Assembly (NCBI GenBank): GCA_963741955.1
Contig: CAVUKB010000007.1
Span: 1,056,001 to 1,120,000 of the forward strand
Reading direction: 5' to 3'
DNA from: an uncultured Acidobacteriota bacterium
GTDB taxonomy: Bacteria; Acidobacteriota; Thermoanaerobaculia; Gp7-AA8
DNA: 64,000 nucleotides
In this document: in pieces, positions 1 to 8,664 of the stretch
Position numbering within the stretch: position 1 is the stretch's first letter
Layout of the letters: every line of letters begins with the position of its first letter
Notes under the pieces: model-generated
Database searches by the model: none
What the model was told of the DNA's origin: nothing
What the model saw: only the letters and a program-made list of their open reading frames with translations
Made by a program: the position numbers and the translations under genes

Positions 1-1
1 G

Positions 2-3000
2 TTCGCGAAGACCGATGCAGCCGGAACCGTGATCGCGATGGTCGACTATCACCGGAATCTCCGGATCTCGTCCGGGAGCGGAGTCGTCTCGGGCAACCCG
101 GAGACGCTGATCCAGTCGAGCTACACCGGTTCGGGAGGCGGCTACGTCGACGTGACCTCGGACGGCACGAACTTCTACGCGATCGAGGTGACCGCCTCGA
201 TGAACGGCCAGGCGATCGTGCACGAATTCTCCCCCGTCTCGCCAGGGGTGGCGAACGGGTACCACGAAACCGTCTCCCAGGTCGTCTCCCGCAACATGAA
301 GGTCGGCGGAATCCGCTACGGCGCGGGATACATCTCGGCGTGGGGGATCGAGGGGGGAGTCTTCTCGATCCGTCTATTCAAGGTCAACCCCACGAGCTTC
401 GAAGAGATTCAGCTCGGCGCGTTCATCCCGAACTACTACTTCGCCGCTCCGGCGGGTTACGCCCAGCCGGATGGCTATGCGCAGAACGTCACTGTGGTGC
501 AGCCCTGGAGGGACGGAGGGAAAGACTATCTCTTCGTGGGTGACTACGGGCTGGGAGACGTCTACGAGCTCCAGGCCGGAGACAGCATCGACATCGCGAC
601 GGTCACCAGCGCTTCGCGCGGGACGACCAATCCCAATACCCCGACGGGAAGCGCGAAGCCGTTCCCGGGCGATCTGGTGACGTTCAGCTCCAGCACGACC
701 GCCAAGACTCAGCTTCAGCTCAGCTGGGATTTCGGGAATCCTGAATCGACCGACAATTCCGGGACCTCGTACACCGGTACGAACGTCTCCCACCGTTTCT
801 TCGGAATGACCACCGCGAACACGATCACCACTCCGAAGACGGTCAAAGCGCAGAACATCGCGGATGCGTCGATGAACGACAGCGAATCGGTGGTGCTCGC
901 GGTTCCCACGCCGCGATTCAAGATCGCCGGAATGCCGGTTCTCTTCACCCAGCCCGCAGTTTCGTCGACCGCGCCGGTGGTCTTCGGCGATCAGTGGGTC
1001 GATGCATCGGACGGGGTGATCGAAGGACACTACGACGTCTGGACTCTGGACGGCGCGGTCACCAATACCACGCCCGACATGGCCGTACCGGTGGGTCTCT
1101 GCGGTGCTCACACCCTCAGCTATGCGGCGCGTTACGGCGCCCACAGTGGAACCGGAACGGGTGTGACTTCCACCGGCAGCGCCTACACTGCCGCGATCAA
1201 TTCCTTCAACTATTCGGTGCGTCCCTTCGCGCCCCAGGTCACCGTCGCCGTTTCCGGCTCCACGATGACGTTCACCGACGCGACGCGGTTCTCATCCGCG
1301 ATCTTCCCGGCCGGCGCGAATGCCACCTATTCGTGGGCCCTGAAGAACGCCGCGGGGAGCACTGTATCCACTGGAACCGGGACGCAGTTCGTCGTCTCGC
1401 CGATCCCGGCCTCGGGGAGCAGCGTGGTGCTGACGGTTTCGGTCAGCGACGCGATCGCCGAGACCTCGTGCGCGTCGATGACGAGCGCTTCGATCACCTA
1501 TCCGATCACAGTCCCTGATCCCGCGATCAACACCAGTGGCGGTTGTTCGAACGCGCTGGGCCCGTGCACGATCTCCGTGGCGTCGGCCAGCGGGGCAGAC
1601 CAGAGCGCGTGGACGTATCAGTGGAAGGTCAACAACGTCACCCGGCCTCAGACCACACAGAGCGTCGACGCGCAGGCGGCCGGATGGTTCCCCAGCCAGG
1701 GGACCTACACGGTGGCCGTCACCGCGACGCACAGCGCGACGTCGCTCTCGGCGACCGCCCAGTCGACTCTTTCGATGGCGGCGCCGATCTGCAGTGGAAA
1801 ACCGACCGGCATCAGCGTCGGCTACAGCGGGAGCCTCGGCTGCAACACGAGCTCGGCATGTCAGGCCGGCGAGACGATCAGCTTCAGTCCTTATGCGTTC
1901 GGCTACACGTTCCAGGACTGCGACTCCTTCACCTGGAACTTCGGCGATGGCTCGACCGGGAGCGGACGGAACGTCAGCCATACCTACAACACGAACGGTC
2001 CCCGGACGGTGACCCTCACCGTCGCAAACAGCAGCGGATCCGGCTCCGCGACGACGACCGTGACGGTCGGAACGACCACGCCACCGCCTCCGCCACCACC
2101 TCCGACCGGTTGTCCGACCGCCGCGCCGGGCGGGACGCTCGACCTTTCCTACGCCGGACCGACGAGTGGCTGTAGCGCAACCGCCGGCAGCTGCGCCACC
2201 GGAGAATCGATCCGGTTCCAGGCCGCTCCCTGGGGATACACCATCCAATCGTGTGATCAGATCACGTGGAGCTTCGGCGATGGAGCCGCGGGTAGCGGCC
2301 AGGTGGTGAACCATCTGTACGCCTCCGCTGGAACTTACACCGTGAGCCTGACCATCCGGAATTCGCTCGGCAGTAAGAACGCGACGCGCAGCGTCACTGT
2401 CACCGGCTCCGGTGGTGGTGGGGGCGGCGGAGGCGGAAGTTGTCCGACCGCGGCACCGGGAGGAGTTCTCGACCTCTCGTTTACCGGAGCCACATCGCAG
2501 TGCTCCGCGACGGGATCCACGCCCTGCTCACCGGGGGAGGCGATCAACTTCGCCGCCGCGCCGTGGGGTTACAACATCCAGACCTGCGATACGGTCTCCT
2601 GGAACTTCGGCGACAGCGCGACGGCCCAGGGGAAGAACGTCAGCCACACCTACACCCTCCCGGGCGCCTACAACGTTCAGGTGACGATCGCGAACTCGCT
2701 CGGAACCAAGAGTGCGACCCGGCCGGTGAACGTCGGGGGCACGGGCGTCAAGCCCGCCACGAACATCACCTTCACCGTGAGCCCCACGAATCCCGTAGTC
2801 GGCCAGTCGGTCACGTTCACGGGAAGCGCCGACTCGGAGACTCCGATCCAGAGCTGGAGCTGGAACTTCGGCGATGGGAATGCCGGGAGCGGTCAGACCG
2901 TCACCCACACCTTCACACAGGCGAAGAACTACACAGTGTCGCTCACCGTCAATAACGGCTACAACAACCCTCCGGTCGGAAAGACGATTACCGTCGCCGA

Positions 3001-4429
3001 TGCAACGCAGTTTGCGTTCCTCCTTCCGGTGGTGGTCGCTCATCTCGACGGGCAGAACAGCAGTCAGTGGAGCACAGACCTCTTCGTCTACAACACCGAC
3101 AGTACTCCGGTGACGCTGAGGTTCGAATACCAGGGGAATGAACTTGCCACGAGCACGGTCGGCTCGACGTCCATATTCGGCGACCTTCTCTATGAGACGC
3201 TTCACACCCAGGGCGCCGGACCGGTGATCGTCCGCGGCACCGCGAAGTCCGCCCCGCAGATGTGGACGCGAACCTATACGGTCGGAGAGACCGGCGTGGG
3301 GACGTACGGGCAGCTGATCCCGGCGATTCCGCTGATCGGTTCTTCGAACGTCACCACCGACGCCGATTCGTACGCGATGGCGGGTCTCGAGATCTCTCCC
3401 CGGTTCCGGACCAATCTCGGTCTGGTGAATCCCACCGGGTCGGCCGCGACGATCACCGTGACCGCATACGACGACCAGTACGGCCTGCAGCTCGGCAGCT
3501 TCACGGTTCCCCTCGGCTCATTCCAATTCACTCAGATCGGCGACCTCAATACCCGGATTCCCTCTCTTCAGGATGGACGGACCTTCAGTCTGAACGTCAA
3601 GAGCTCGGGCTCCGCGCTCACCGCGTATGCATCGATGATCGACCAGGTCACCAACGATCCGGTCTACGAAGGCGCCGTGCCGCTGAGCAGCACCACCGCC
3701 GCCGACATGCAGCTCCAGCGGGTGCCGGTGTCCCACTTCCAGAGCTGGCGAAGTGACGTGACGATCTTCAATCCCGATTCGAAGGGGATGGCGGTCGACC
3801 TCACGTACTACGACGGAGCGGGTACGAAGCAGGCCGAGGCGAAGAACCTCATGCTCGGAGGAAACGCATTCCTCCGGATTCCGGACATCGTCTGGAGTGG
3901 GGACCTGACCCCGTCGATCACGGCCGACTCGATCGGTACGCTCGATGTACAGGTTTCGAGTGATGGAGCACAGCGCTATCCGATCGTCTTCTCGCGGACG
4001 TACAACGACCAGGGTGCAGCGGGCACATACGGCCAGGGGATCCCCGCGTTCCCCGTCTCGCAGCCGAATGTCGAAACGAACAAGCCCGCGGTGATTCCGG
4101 GTGTCCGGAGCGATCTGAGCTACTACACCAACGTCGGTCTGGTCAATGTCGGCACGACAGCGGCCCAGGTGAAGATCACGCTCCTCAGTCCGACCGACGG
4201 AGCGCCGCTCGCCACGTGGGAGCGAACCGACTCGAGCGGTCAGCCGCTCCCGCTGCAGCCGAACGAGTCGATCGTCGCGACCGACATCTTCAAGGCGATG
4301 CAGACGCAGACCGATCGAGGAACCCTCAAGATCGAGCTCGTCTCGGGCGACGGCGTCTGGGCCTACGCTTCGGTCATCGACAAGACCACCCGTGACCCGG
4401 AGTACGTCCCCGCGATTCCGCTTCAGTAA
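2..4429 (+). CDS. Large PKD-domain surface protein (5' end lies upstream of the window)
   Basis: The frame is open from base 2 (FAKTDAAGTV, matching paralog VTKTDAAGTV). It has multiple PKD motifs (WNFGDG..G..VSHTY...YTVTLTV), Cys-rich modules, poly-Pro/poly-Gly linkers and repeated C-terminal modules (GTYGQxIPA, YASxIDxxTxDP). Confidence 0.85.
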   Translation, partial: FAKTDAAGTVIAMVDYHRNLRISSGSGVVSGNPETLIQSSYTGSGGGYVDVTSDGTNFYAIEVTASMNGQAIVHEFSPVSPGVANGYHETVSQVVSRNMKVGGIRYGAGYISAWGIEGGVFSIRLFKVNPTSFEEIQLGAFIPNYYFAAPAGYAQPDGYAQNVTVVQPWRDGGKDYLFVGDYGLGDVYELQAGDSIDIATVTSASRGTTNPNTPTGSAKPFPGDLVTFSSSTTAKTQLQLSWDFGNPESTDNSGTSYTGTNVSHRFFGMTTANTITTPKTVKAQNIADASMNDSESVVLAVPTPRFKIAGMPVLFTQPAVSSTAPVVFGDQWVDASDGVIEGHYDVWTLDGAVTNTTPDMAVPVGLCGAHTLSYAARYGAHSGTGTGVTSTGSAYTAAINSFNYSVRPFAPQVTVAVSGSTMTFTDATRFSSAIFPAGANATYSWALKNAAGSTVSTGTGTQFVVSPIPASGSSVVLTVSVSDAIAETSCASMTSASITYPITVPDPAINTSGGCSNALGPCTISVASASGADQSAWTYQWKVNNVTRPQTTQSVDAQAAGWFPSQGTYTVAVTATHSATSLSATAQSTLSMAAPICSGKPTGISVGYSGSLGCNTSSACQAGETISFSPYAFGYTFQDCDSFTWNFGDGSTGSGRNVSHTYNTNGPRTVTLTVANSSGSGSATTTVTVGTTTPPPPPPPPTGCPTAAPGGTLDLSYAGPTSGCSATAGSCATGESIRFQAAPWGYTIQSCDQITWSFGDGAAGSGQVVNHLYASAGTYTVSLTIRNSLGSKNATRSVTVTGSGGGGGGGGGSCPTAAPGGVLDLSFTGATSQCSATGSTPCSPGEAINFAAAPWGYNIQTCDTVSWNFGDSATAQGKNVSHTYTLPGAYNVQVTIANSLGTKSATRPVNVGGTGVKPATNITFTVSPTNPVVGQSVTFTGSADSETPIQSWSWNFGDGNAGSGQTVTHTFTQAKNYTVSLTVNNGYNNPPVGKTITVADATQFAFLLPVVVAHLDGQNSSQWSTDLFVYNTDSTPVTLRFEYQGNELATSTVGSTSIFGDLLYETLHTQGAGPVIVRGTAKSAPQMWTRTYTVGETGVGTYGQLIPAIPLIGSSNVTTDADSYAMAGLEISPRFRTNLGLVNPTGSAATITVTAYDDQYGLQLGSFTVPLGSFQFTQIGDLNTRIPSLQDGRTFSLNVKSSGSALTAYASMIDQVTNDPVYEGAVPLSSTTAADMQLQRVPVSHFQSWRSDVTIFNPDSKGMAVDLTYYDGAGTKQAEAKNLMLGGNAFLRIPDIVWSGDLTPSITADSIGTLDVQVSSDGAQRYPIVFSRTYNDQGAAGTYGQGIPAFPVSQPNVETNKPAVIPGVRSDLSYYTNVGLVNVGTTAAQVKITLLSPTDGAPLATWERTDSSGQPLPLQPNESIVATDIFKAMQTQTDRGTLKIELVSGDGVWAYASVIDKTTRDPEYVPAIPLQ

Positions 4430-4452
4430 TCTCCACCTCGACACACGAACAC

Positions 4453-4485
4453 AAAGGGTGGTGGGCGCAAGCCCGCCACCCTTTT
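4453..4485 (+). terminator. Intrinsic terminator
   Basis: AAAGGGTGGTGGGC-GCAA-GCCCGCCACCC-TTTT hairpin just after the PKD gene stop. Confidence 0.7.
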
Positions 4486-4876
4486 CATGTGGCCCGACCG
4501 TCTCGGTCGGCCCGGCGAGCGCAGCGAGCCCCTGGGGTGCGGATCCTCCGATCCGCCGCGCCAATCGTGGAAAGAACCCGGGCCCCAGCATCACCCGCAA
4601 CTCCGCAGAAGCGAAGTTGTTCTTCTGACCTACGCCCGGCGACCTACGCCCCGGTTCTCATCGCGTGCGACACAATCCGCGCCCTCGTCGCAGACACACC
4701 GCTCTGCGAGCGCTGCCCGCAACCCCACCGCCCTTTTCATGTGACCCGACCGTCTCGGTCGCCCACGGAGAGCGCGGCGAGCCAATGGGGTGCGGATCCT
4801 CCGATCCGCCGCGCCAATCGTGGAAAGAACTCGGGTCTCCAGCGTTCCCCGCAACTCCGCAGAAGCGAAGTCGTTC
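4476..4876. repeat. Two ~145-bp direct repeats (period 252 bp) carrying REP-like palindromes
   Basis: CTTTTCATGT at 4481 and 4733. Each copy has a (G)CCCGACCG-TCT-CGGTCG palindrome and GCGGATC-CTCC-GATCCGC. Confidence 0.85.
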
Positions 4877-4962
4877 TGCGTCCCTCGCACATACCGAGCC
4901 TCTGAAACACGCGCAACTCCGCGTCCCTGTAACCTCATCTCTCATCTCTCGTCTCTGCCTTT

Positions 4963-5011
4963 TCGAGCCTCGAGCCTCGAGCCTCGAGCCTCGAGCCTCG
5001 AGCCTCGAGCC
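4963..5011. repeat. Heptamer tandem repeat (TCGAGCC)x7
   Basis: Counted directly from the sequence. Confidence 0.95.
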
Positions 5012-5046
5012 TCGCCTCTCCCCTCCCATCCGCTACAATCCTCCCG

Positions 5047-6258
5047 ATGACTTTCGCCGTCCGGGCCAATGAGCTCACGAAGGAGTACCGCCTCTACGAC
5101 CGTCCGATCGACCGGCTCGTGGAGCGCATTACGCGCTTCCCCCGCCACACCGTTTTCCCCGCTCTTCAGGAGGTCTCATTCGAAGTCCCTCCCGGCGGAA
5201 GCCTCGGTCTCATCGGGCAGAATGGTGCGGGAAAGAGCACCCTCCTCCGTCTTCTCACCCGCGTGAGCCAGCCGACGTCGGGGACGATCGAAACCCGAGG
5301 GAGCATCGCGTCCATCCTGGAGCTCGGTACGGGTTTTCACCCCGAGTTCACCGGCCGCGCGAACGCCGAGCTCAATGCCGCGATTCTCGGACTCGGACCG
5401 GCGGAGATTCGCGAGACGCTTCCCGAGATCCTCGAGTTCTCCGAGCTCGGACCGTTTCTCGACCAGCCGGTGAAGACCTACTCTTCGGGGATGACCATGC
5501 GGCTCGGATTTTCCGTGGCAGTGAACGTCCGGCCCGACATCCTGGTCATCGACGAGGCGCTCGCGGTCGGCGACGGCTACTTCCAGAAGAAGTGCATCGA
5601 CCGGATCCGCGAGCTCCAGCGGCAAGGAACGACACTCGTCTTCTGTTCGCACGCTCTTTATTACGTGAGCATGCTTTGCACGGAGACGCTGTGGCTCGAG
5701 TCGGGAACCACACGCCGCCAGGGACCTTCACTCGACGTCGTTCACGAATACGAGAACTTTCTCCTGCAGCGCGATCGCACCGTGCGCGAGGCCGAACCTC
5801 CCGTCCCGCACCAGCCCGCCGAGCACTCTCCGGTCAAAGTGGCGCACGTTCTGATGAACGAATCGACCGTGAGCGCGGCGACGGAGCTCAGGATGCGACC
5901 CGGCGACCCTCTGGAGGTCCGGGTCGGAGTTCGAAGCAAGGCTCCGGAGATCCGTTATCACGTGAACGTGGCGATCGTGCGCGCCGCAGACGAAGCGATC
6001 GCGTTCTCCATGAGCTCTTCCCGTGAAGGATTGGATTCGTTCCAGGGCGACGCAGACGTGACGCTCCGCTGCAGTCACATCCCACTGGTGCGTGGGGAGT
6101 ACGCAGTGCGCGTACTGGTGAGCGAGCCGGACGGACGGGTGCTCGATCGGAGCGAGAGCGGCCCTCACCTTCAGATCGAAGGGGATCGCTTCGAAGTGGG
6201 GCTCGTGAGCGTGGACCACCAATGGACTCTCGAGAGCGAGCGAGAGCTTGAACCCTGA
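5047..6258 (+). CDS. wzt: Polysaccharide ABC transporter ATP-binding protein with Wzt C-terminal domain
   Basis: Walker A GQNGAGKST, ELGTGFHPEFTGR, YSSGMTMRLGF, DEALAVGDGYFQKKC and a ~160-aa C-terminal extension typical of Wzt/TagH. Confidence 0.9.
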   Translation: MTFAVRANELTKEYRLYDRPIDRLVERITRFPRHTVFPALQEVSFEVPPGGSLGLIGQNGAGKSTLLRLLTRVSQPTSGTIETRGSIASILELGTGFHPEFTGRANAELNAAILGLGPAEIRETLPEILEFSELGPFLDQPVKTYSSGMTMRLGFSVAVNVRPDILVIDEALAVGDGYFQKKCIDRIRELQRQGTTLVFCSHALYYVSMLCTETLWLESGTTRRQGPSLDVVHEYENFLLQRDRTVREAEPPVPHQPAEHSPVKVAHVLMNESTVSAATELRMRPGDPLEVRVGVRSKAPEIRYHVNVAIVRAADEAIAFSMSSSREGLDSFQGDADVTLRCSHIPLVRGEYAVRVLVSEPDGRVLDRSESGPHLQIEGDRFEVGLVSVDHQWTLESERELEP

Positions 6259-7080
6259 GCGCAACATGATCCGAACTCCTGGCAATCGCGAAGCCGCCCT
6301 CGCGCGATGGGGAATGGCTCACACCCACACGCGGTTTGGCGACGAGAGCCCTTATGTTCCCACGGCTTGCTGGAGGTCGATATTGAAGCAGACGTCATTG
6401 CAGTTTCTCCTCCTGGTAGCGCTCGCTGCCGGCACCGTGGCGTCCGCCGCGGCGCAGGACTATCCCTGGCCGCGACCGGAGGGAAGTGCCAATGACTCCT
6501 GCAGTGTGTGCAAGTCTCCCTGGACCGATCTTCCGACCTTCCCGTACTCCCGGCCGCTGAAGAGGCACGCCGGGCGTTTCGTCGACTCGACGCGCACTCG
6601 CGACTACCAGCAACCGCTGCGTACCCTCCGTGCCCGACAGGTGAAGGTCTCACCCGCAAACGGCCGCGTCTACATGATCCTCGGCTCTGCCCTCGTCGGT
6701 TACGATCTTTCGCCCTTCTTCTCCACGAAACTGGGCCAGCCTCTCAGCAGCGCCGGGATCCACACCGAAGGAACCACCAGCGTCCCTGGCGAGCAGTACC
6801 TCCCCTGGGACGAGTTCTTCTACGCGGAGAGCAGCAACTGGTCGTGCCAGCTCCAGGACGGACAGGACCGCCTCTTCGATTTCGACTGGGACGACCGCGG
6901 CGATCTCTATCTGGCCTATTCGGTGTTCCATTGGGGAATCCTGAAACAGAACATCACCTCGTTTACCAGCCTGAAACAGGTGATCGACGACCGCGATCCG
7001 TCTCCTACTCTCATCGCGTCGTTCAGGATCGGTTCGAAGTATTACGCCTGGGTCGGGAACGGTCTGTCGGCGAAAGAAGC

Positions 7081-8664
7081 GGTTCTCCTAACAGGTGTGT
7101 AGGTGCGGAATGATTGTCGGAGGCATGCAGGAACGGCGACGCGGCTGTTTTCGAGGAGCAAGTCGGTGTTCGCCGAAGCGTTCGGAAAGCGAAGTTGTGG
7201 AAACCGCGGAAAACGCCGCCACCCGGCCGCCGCGTTTTCCGCCGTTCCCACAACTTGCCCCGCCGTCGCGGAAGGATCTGAAGGAGCCCCGAAAGTCGCT
7301 GCTCGTGGAGAGGTGAAGATCGAAGCAGCGATAGCAGGTTGGAATCGGCGAACCGTGCTGCCCATTTCCCGTAGTCTGTAGTCGATGAAACCAAGACACG
7401 GGGAGGACAGGCACGGTGCGCCTGACGACATTGTTCCGGAAGTTGCTCAACATGGCAAACGTAACGGTTCGCGGGGTTCGGTTCGAAGCTCGGAGTCTCT
7501 ATCTCGACGTGAGTCCAACGTGGAGACGTCCGCGGTGCGGAGGGTGCGGACGGGTTGCTCCCGAGCTTCACGGAACGGTGATGAAGCATCGCGAATGGCG
7601 TCATCTCGGCCTCTGGGGATGCCGGGTGATGCTGCGGGCGGATCTGCCGCGGGTGCGTTGCCGCCGCTGCGGGGTGCGAACGGCCGCGGTTCCGTGGGCA
7701 CGGCCTGGTTCGATGTTCACCCGCGCGTTCGAAGACGAGCTTGCCTGGTTTCTGCAGCGATCCAATCAAACCGCGGTCTCGGCGTACTTCAAGGTCAGCT
7801 GGCTCACGGCCGGACGGATCGCCGCTCGAGTGGTTGCCGAAAAACGCGACCCGAACGCGCTCGAGAATCTGACCCGGATCGGCATCGACGAGATCTGCTG
7901 GGGGCGGCCGAAGAAGTTCATGACCGTGGTCACGAACCACGAGACCGGGCAGATGATCTGGGCGGCGAAGGGTAAAAGTGCAGAGGTTCTCGACGGGCTG
8001 TTCGATCTGCTCGGCCCCGAGCGCTGCGCGCGAATCCGTCTGGTGAGCATCGACATGAGCGCGGCCTTCGAGAAAGCTGTTCGCGACCGACTGCCGAACG
8101 CCGAGGTCGTTTTCGATCGGTTCCACGTGGTCCAACTCCTCGGGAATGCGATCGATCAGGTGAGGCGGGACGAGATGCGAAAGGCCACCGGCGAGGAGCG
8201 CTCCGCTCTCAAATCCACTCGGTTCGTCCTCCTGAAGAACCCCTGGAACCTGCGTGATGCCGAGGAGGCGAAACTCTCGGAGCTCGCGCGGATGAATCAC
8301 ACCCTCTTTCGCAGTTACCTGGTCAAGGAATCCTTTCAGGACATCTATGACTCCTCGTCCGTCCGCCAAGCTGATCGACGGTTCAAGCGCTGGTATCAGT
8401 CCGCGGTTCATAGCCGCATTCAACCCCTCGTTCGCTTCGCGCGAACCGTCGCGGCGAAATGGCCTGGCATCCGCCGTTACTTCGAGTATCGACTCACGAA
8501 TGCAGTTGCTGAAGGCTGCAACAACAAGATCCGAATGCTCAGTCACCGCGCTTTCGGCTTTCACACCGCGGAAGCTCTGATCGCAATGGCGTTCCTCTGT
8601 ACGTCAGCAATCGCATTCCATCCTCTCGGCCTATGAACTCTGCTACACACCTGTTAGGAGATCC
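7081..8664 (+). mobile_element. ISL3-family insertion sequence, copy 1 (1584 bp)
   Basis: 22-bp terminal IRs GGTTCTCCTAACAGGTGTGTAG / GGATCTCCTAACAGGTGTGTAG. 8-bp TSD AAAGAAGC (7073-7080, 8665-8672). Confidence 0.97.
7416..8636 (+). CDS. ISL3-family transposase
   Basis: N-terminal CxxC...CxxC zinc finger, IGIDE, SIDMS, FDRFHVV and TNAVAEGCNNKIR motifs. GGGAGG SD upstream of GTG. Confidence 0.95.
   Translation: MRLTTLFRKLLNMANVTVRGVRFEARSLYLDVSPTWRRPRCGGCGRVAPELHGTVMKHREWRHLGLWGCRVMLRADLPRVRCRRCGVRTAAVPWARPGSMFTRAFEDELAWFLQRSNQTAVSAYFKVSWLTAGRIAARVVAEKRDPNALENLTRIGIDEICWGRPKKFMTVVTNHETGQMIWAAKGKSAEVLDGLFDLLGPERCARIRLVSIDMSAAFEKAVRDRLPNAEVVFDRFHVVQLLGNAIDQVRRDEMRKATGEERSALKSTRFVLLKNPWNLRDAEEAKLSELARMNHTLFRSYLVKESFQDIYDSSSVRQADRRFKRWYQSAVHSRIQPLVRFARTVAAKWPGIRRYFEYRLTNAVAEGCNNKIRMLSHRAFGFHTAEALIAMAFLCTSAIAFHPLGL

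Noticed and set aside
7023-8564. ~500-aa antisense ORF in each ISL3 copy
   Set aside because: It is a shadow of the transposase on the opposite strand, its end varies with flanking DNA, and it has no recognisable motifs.
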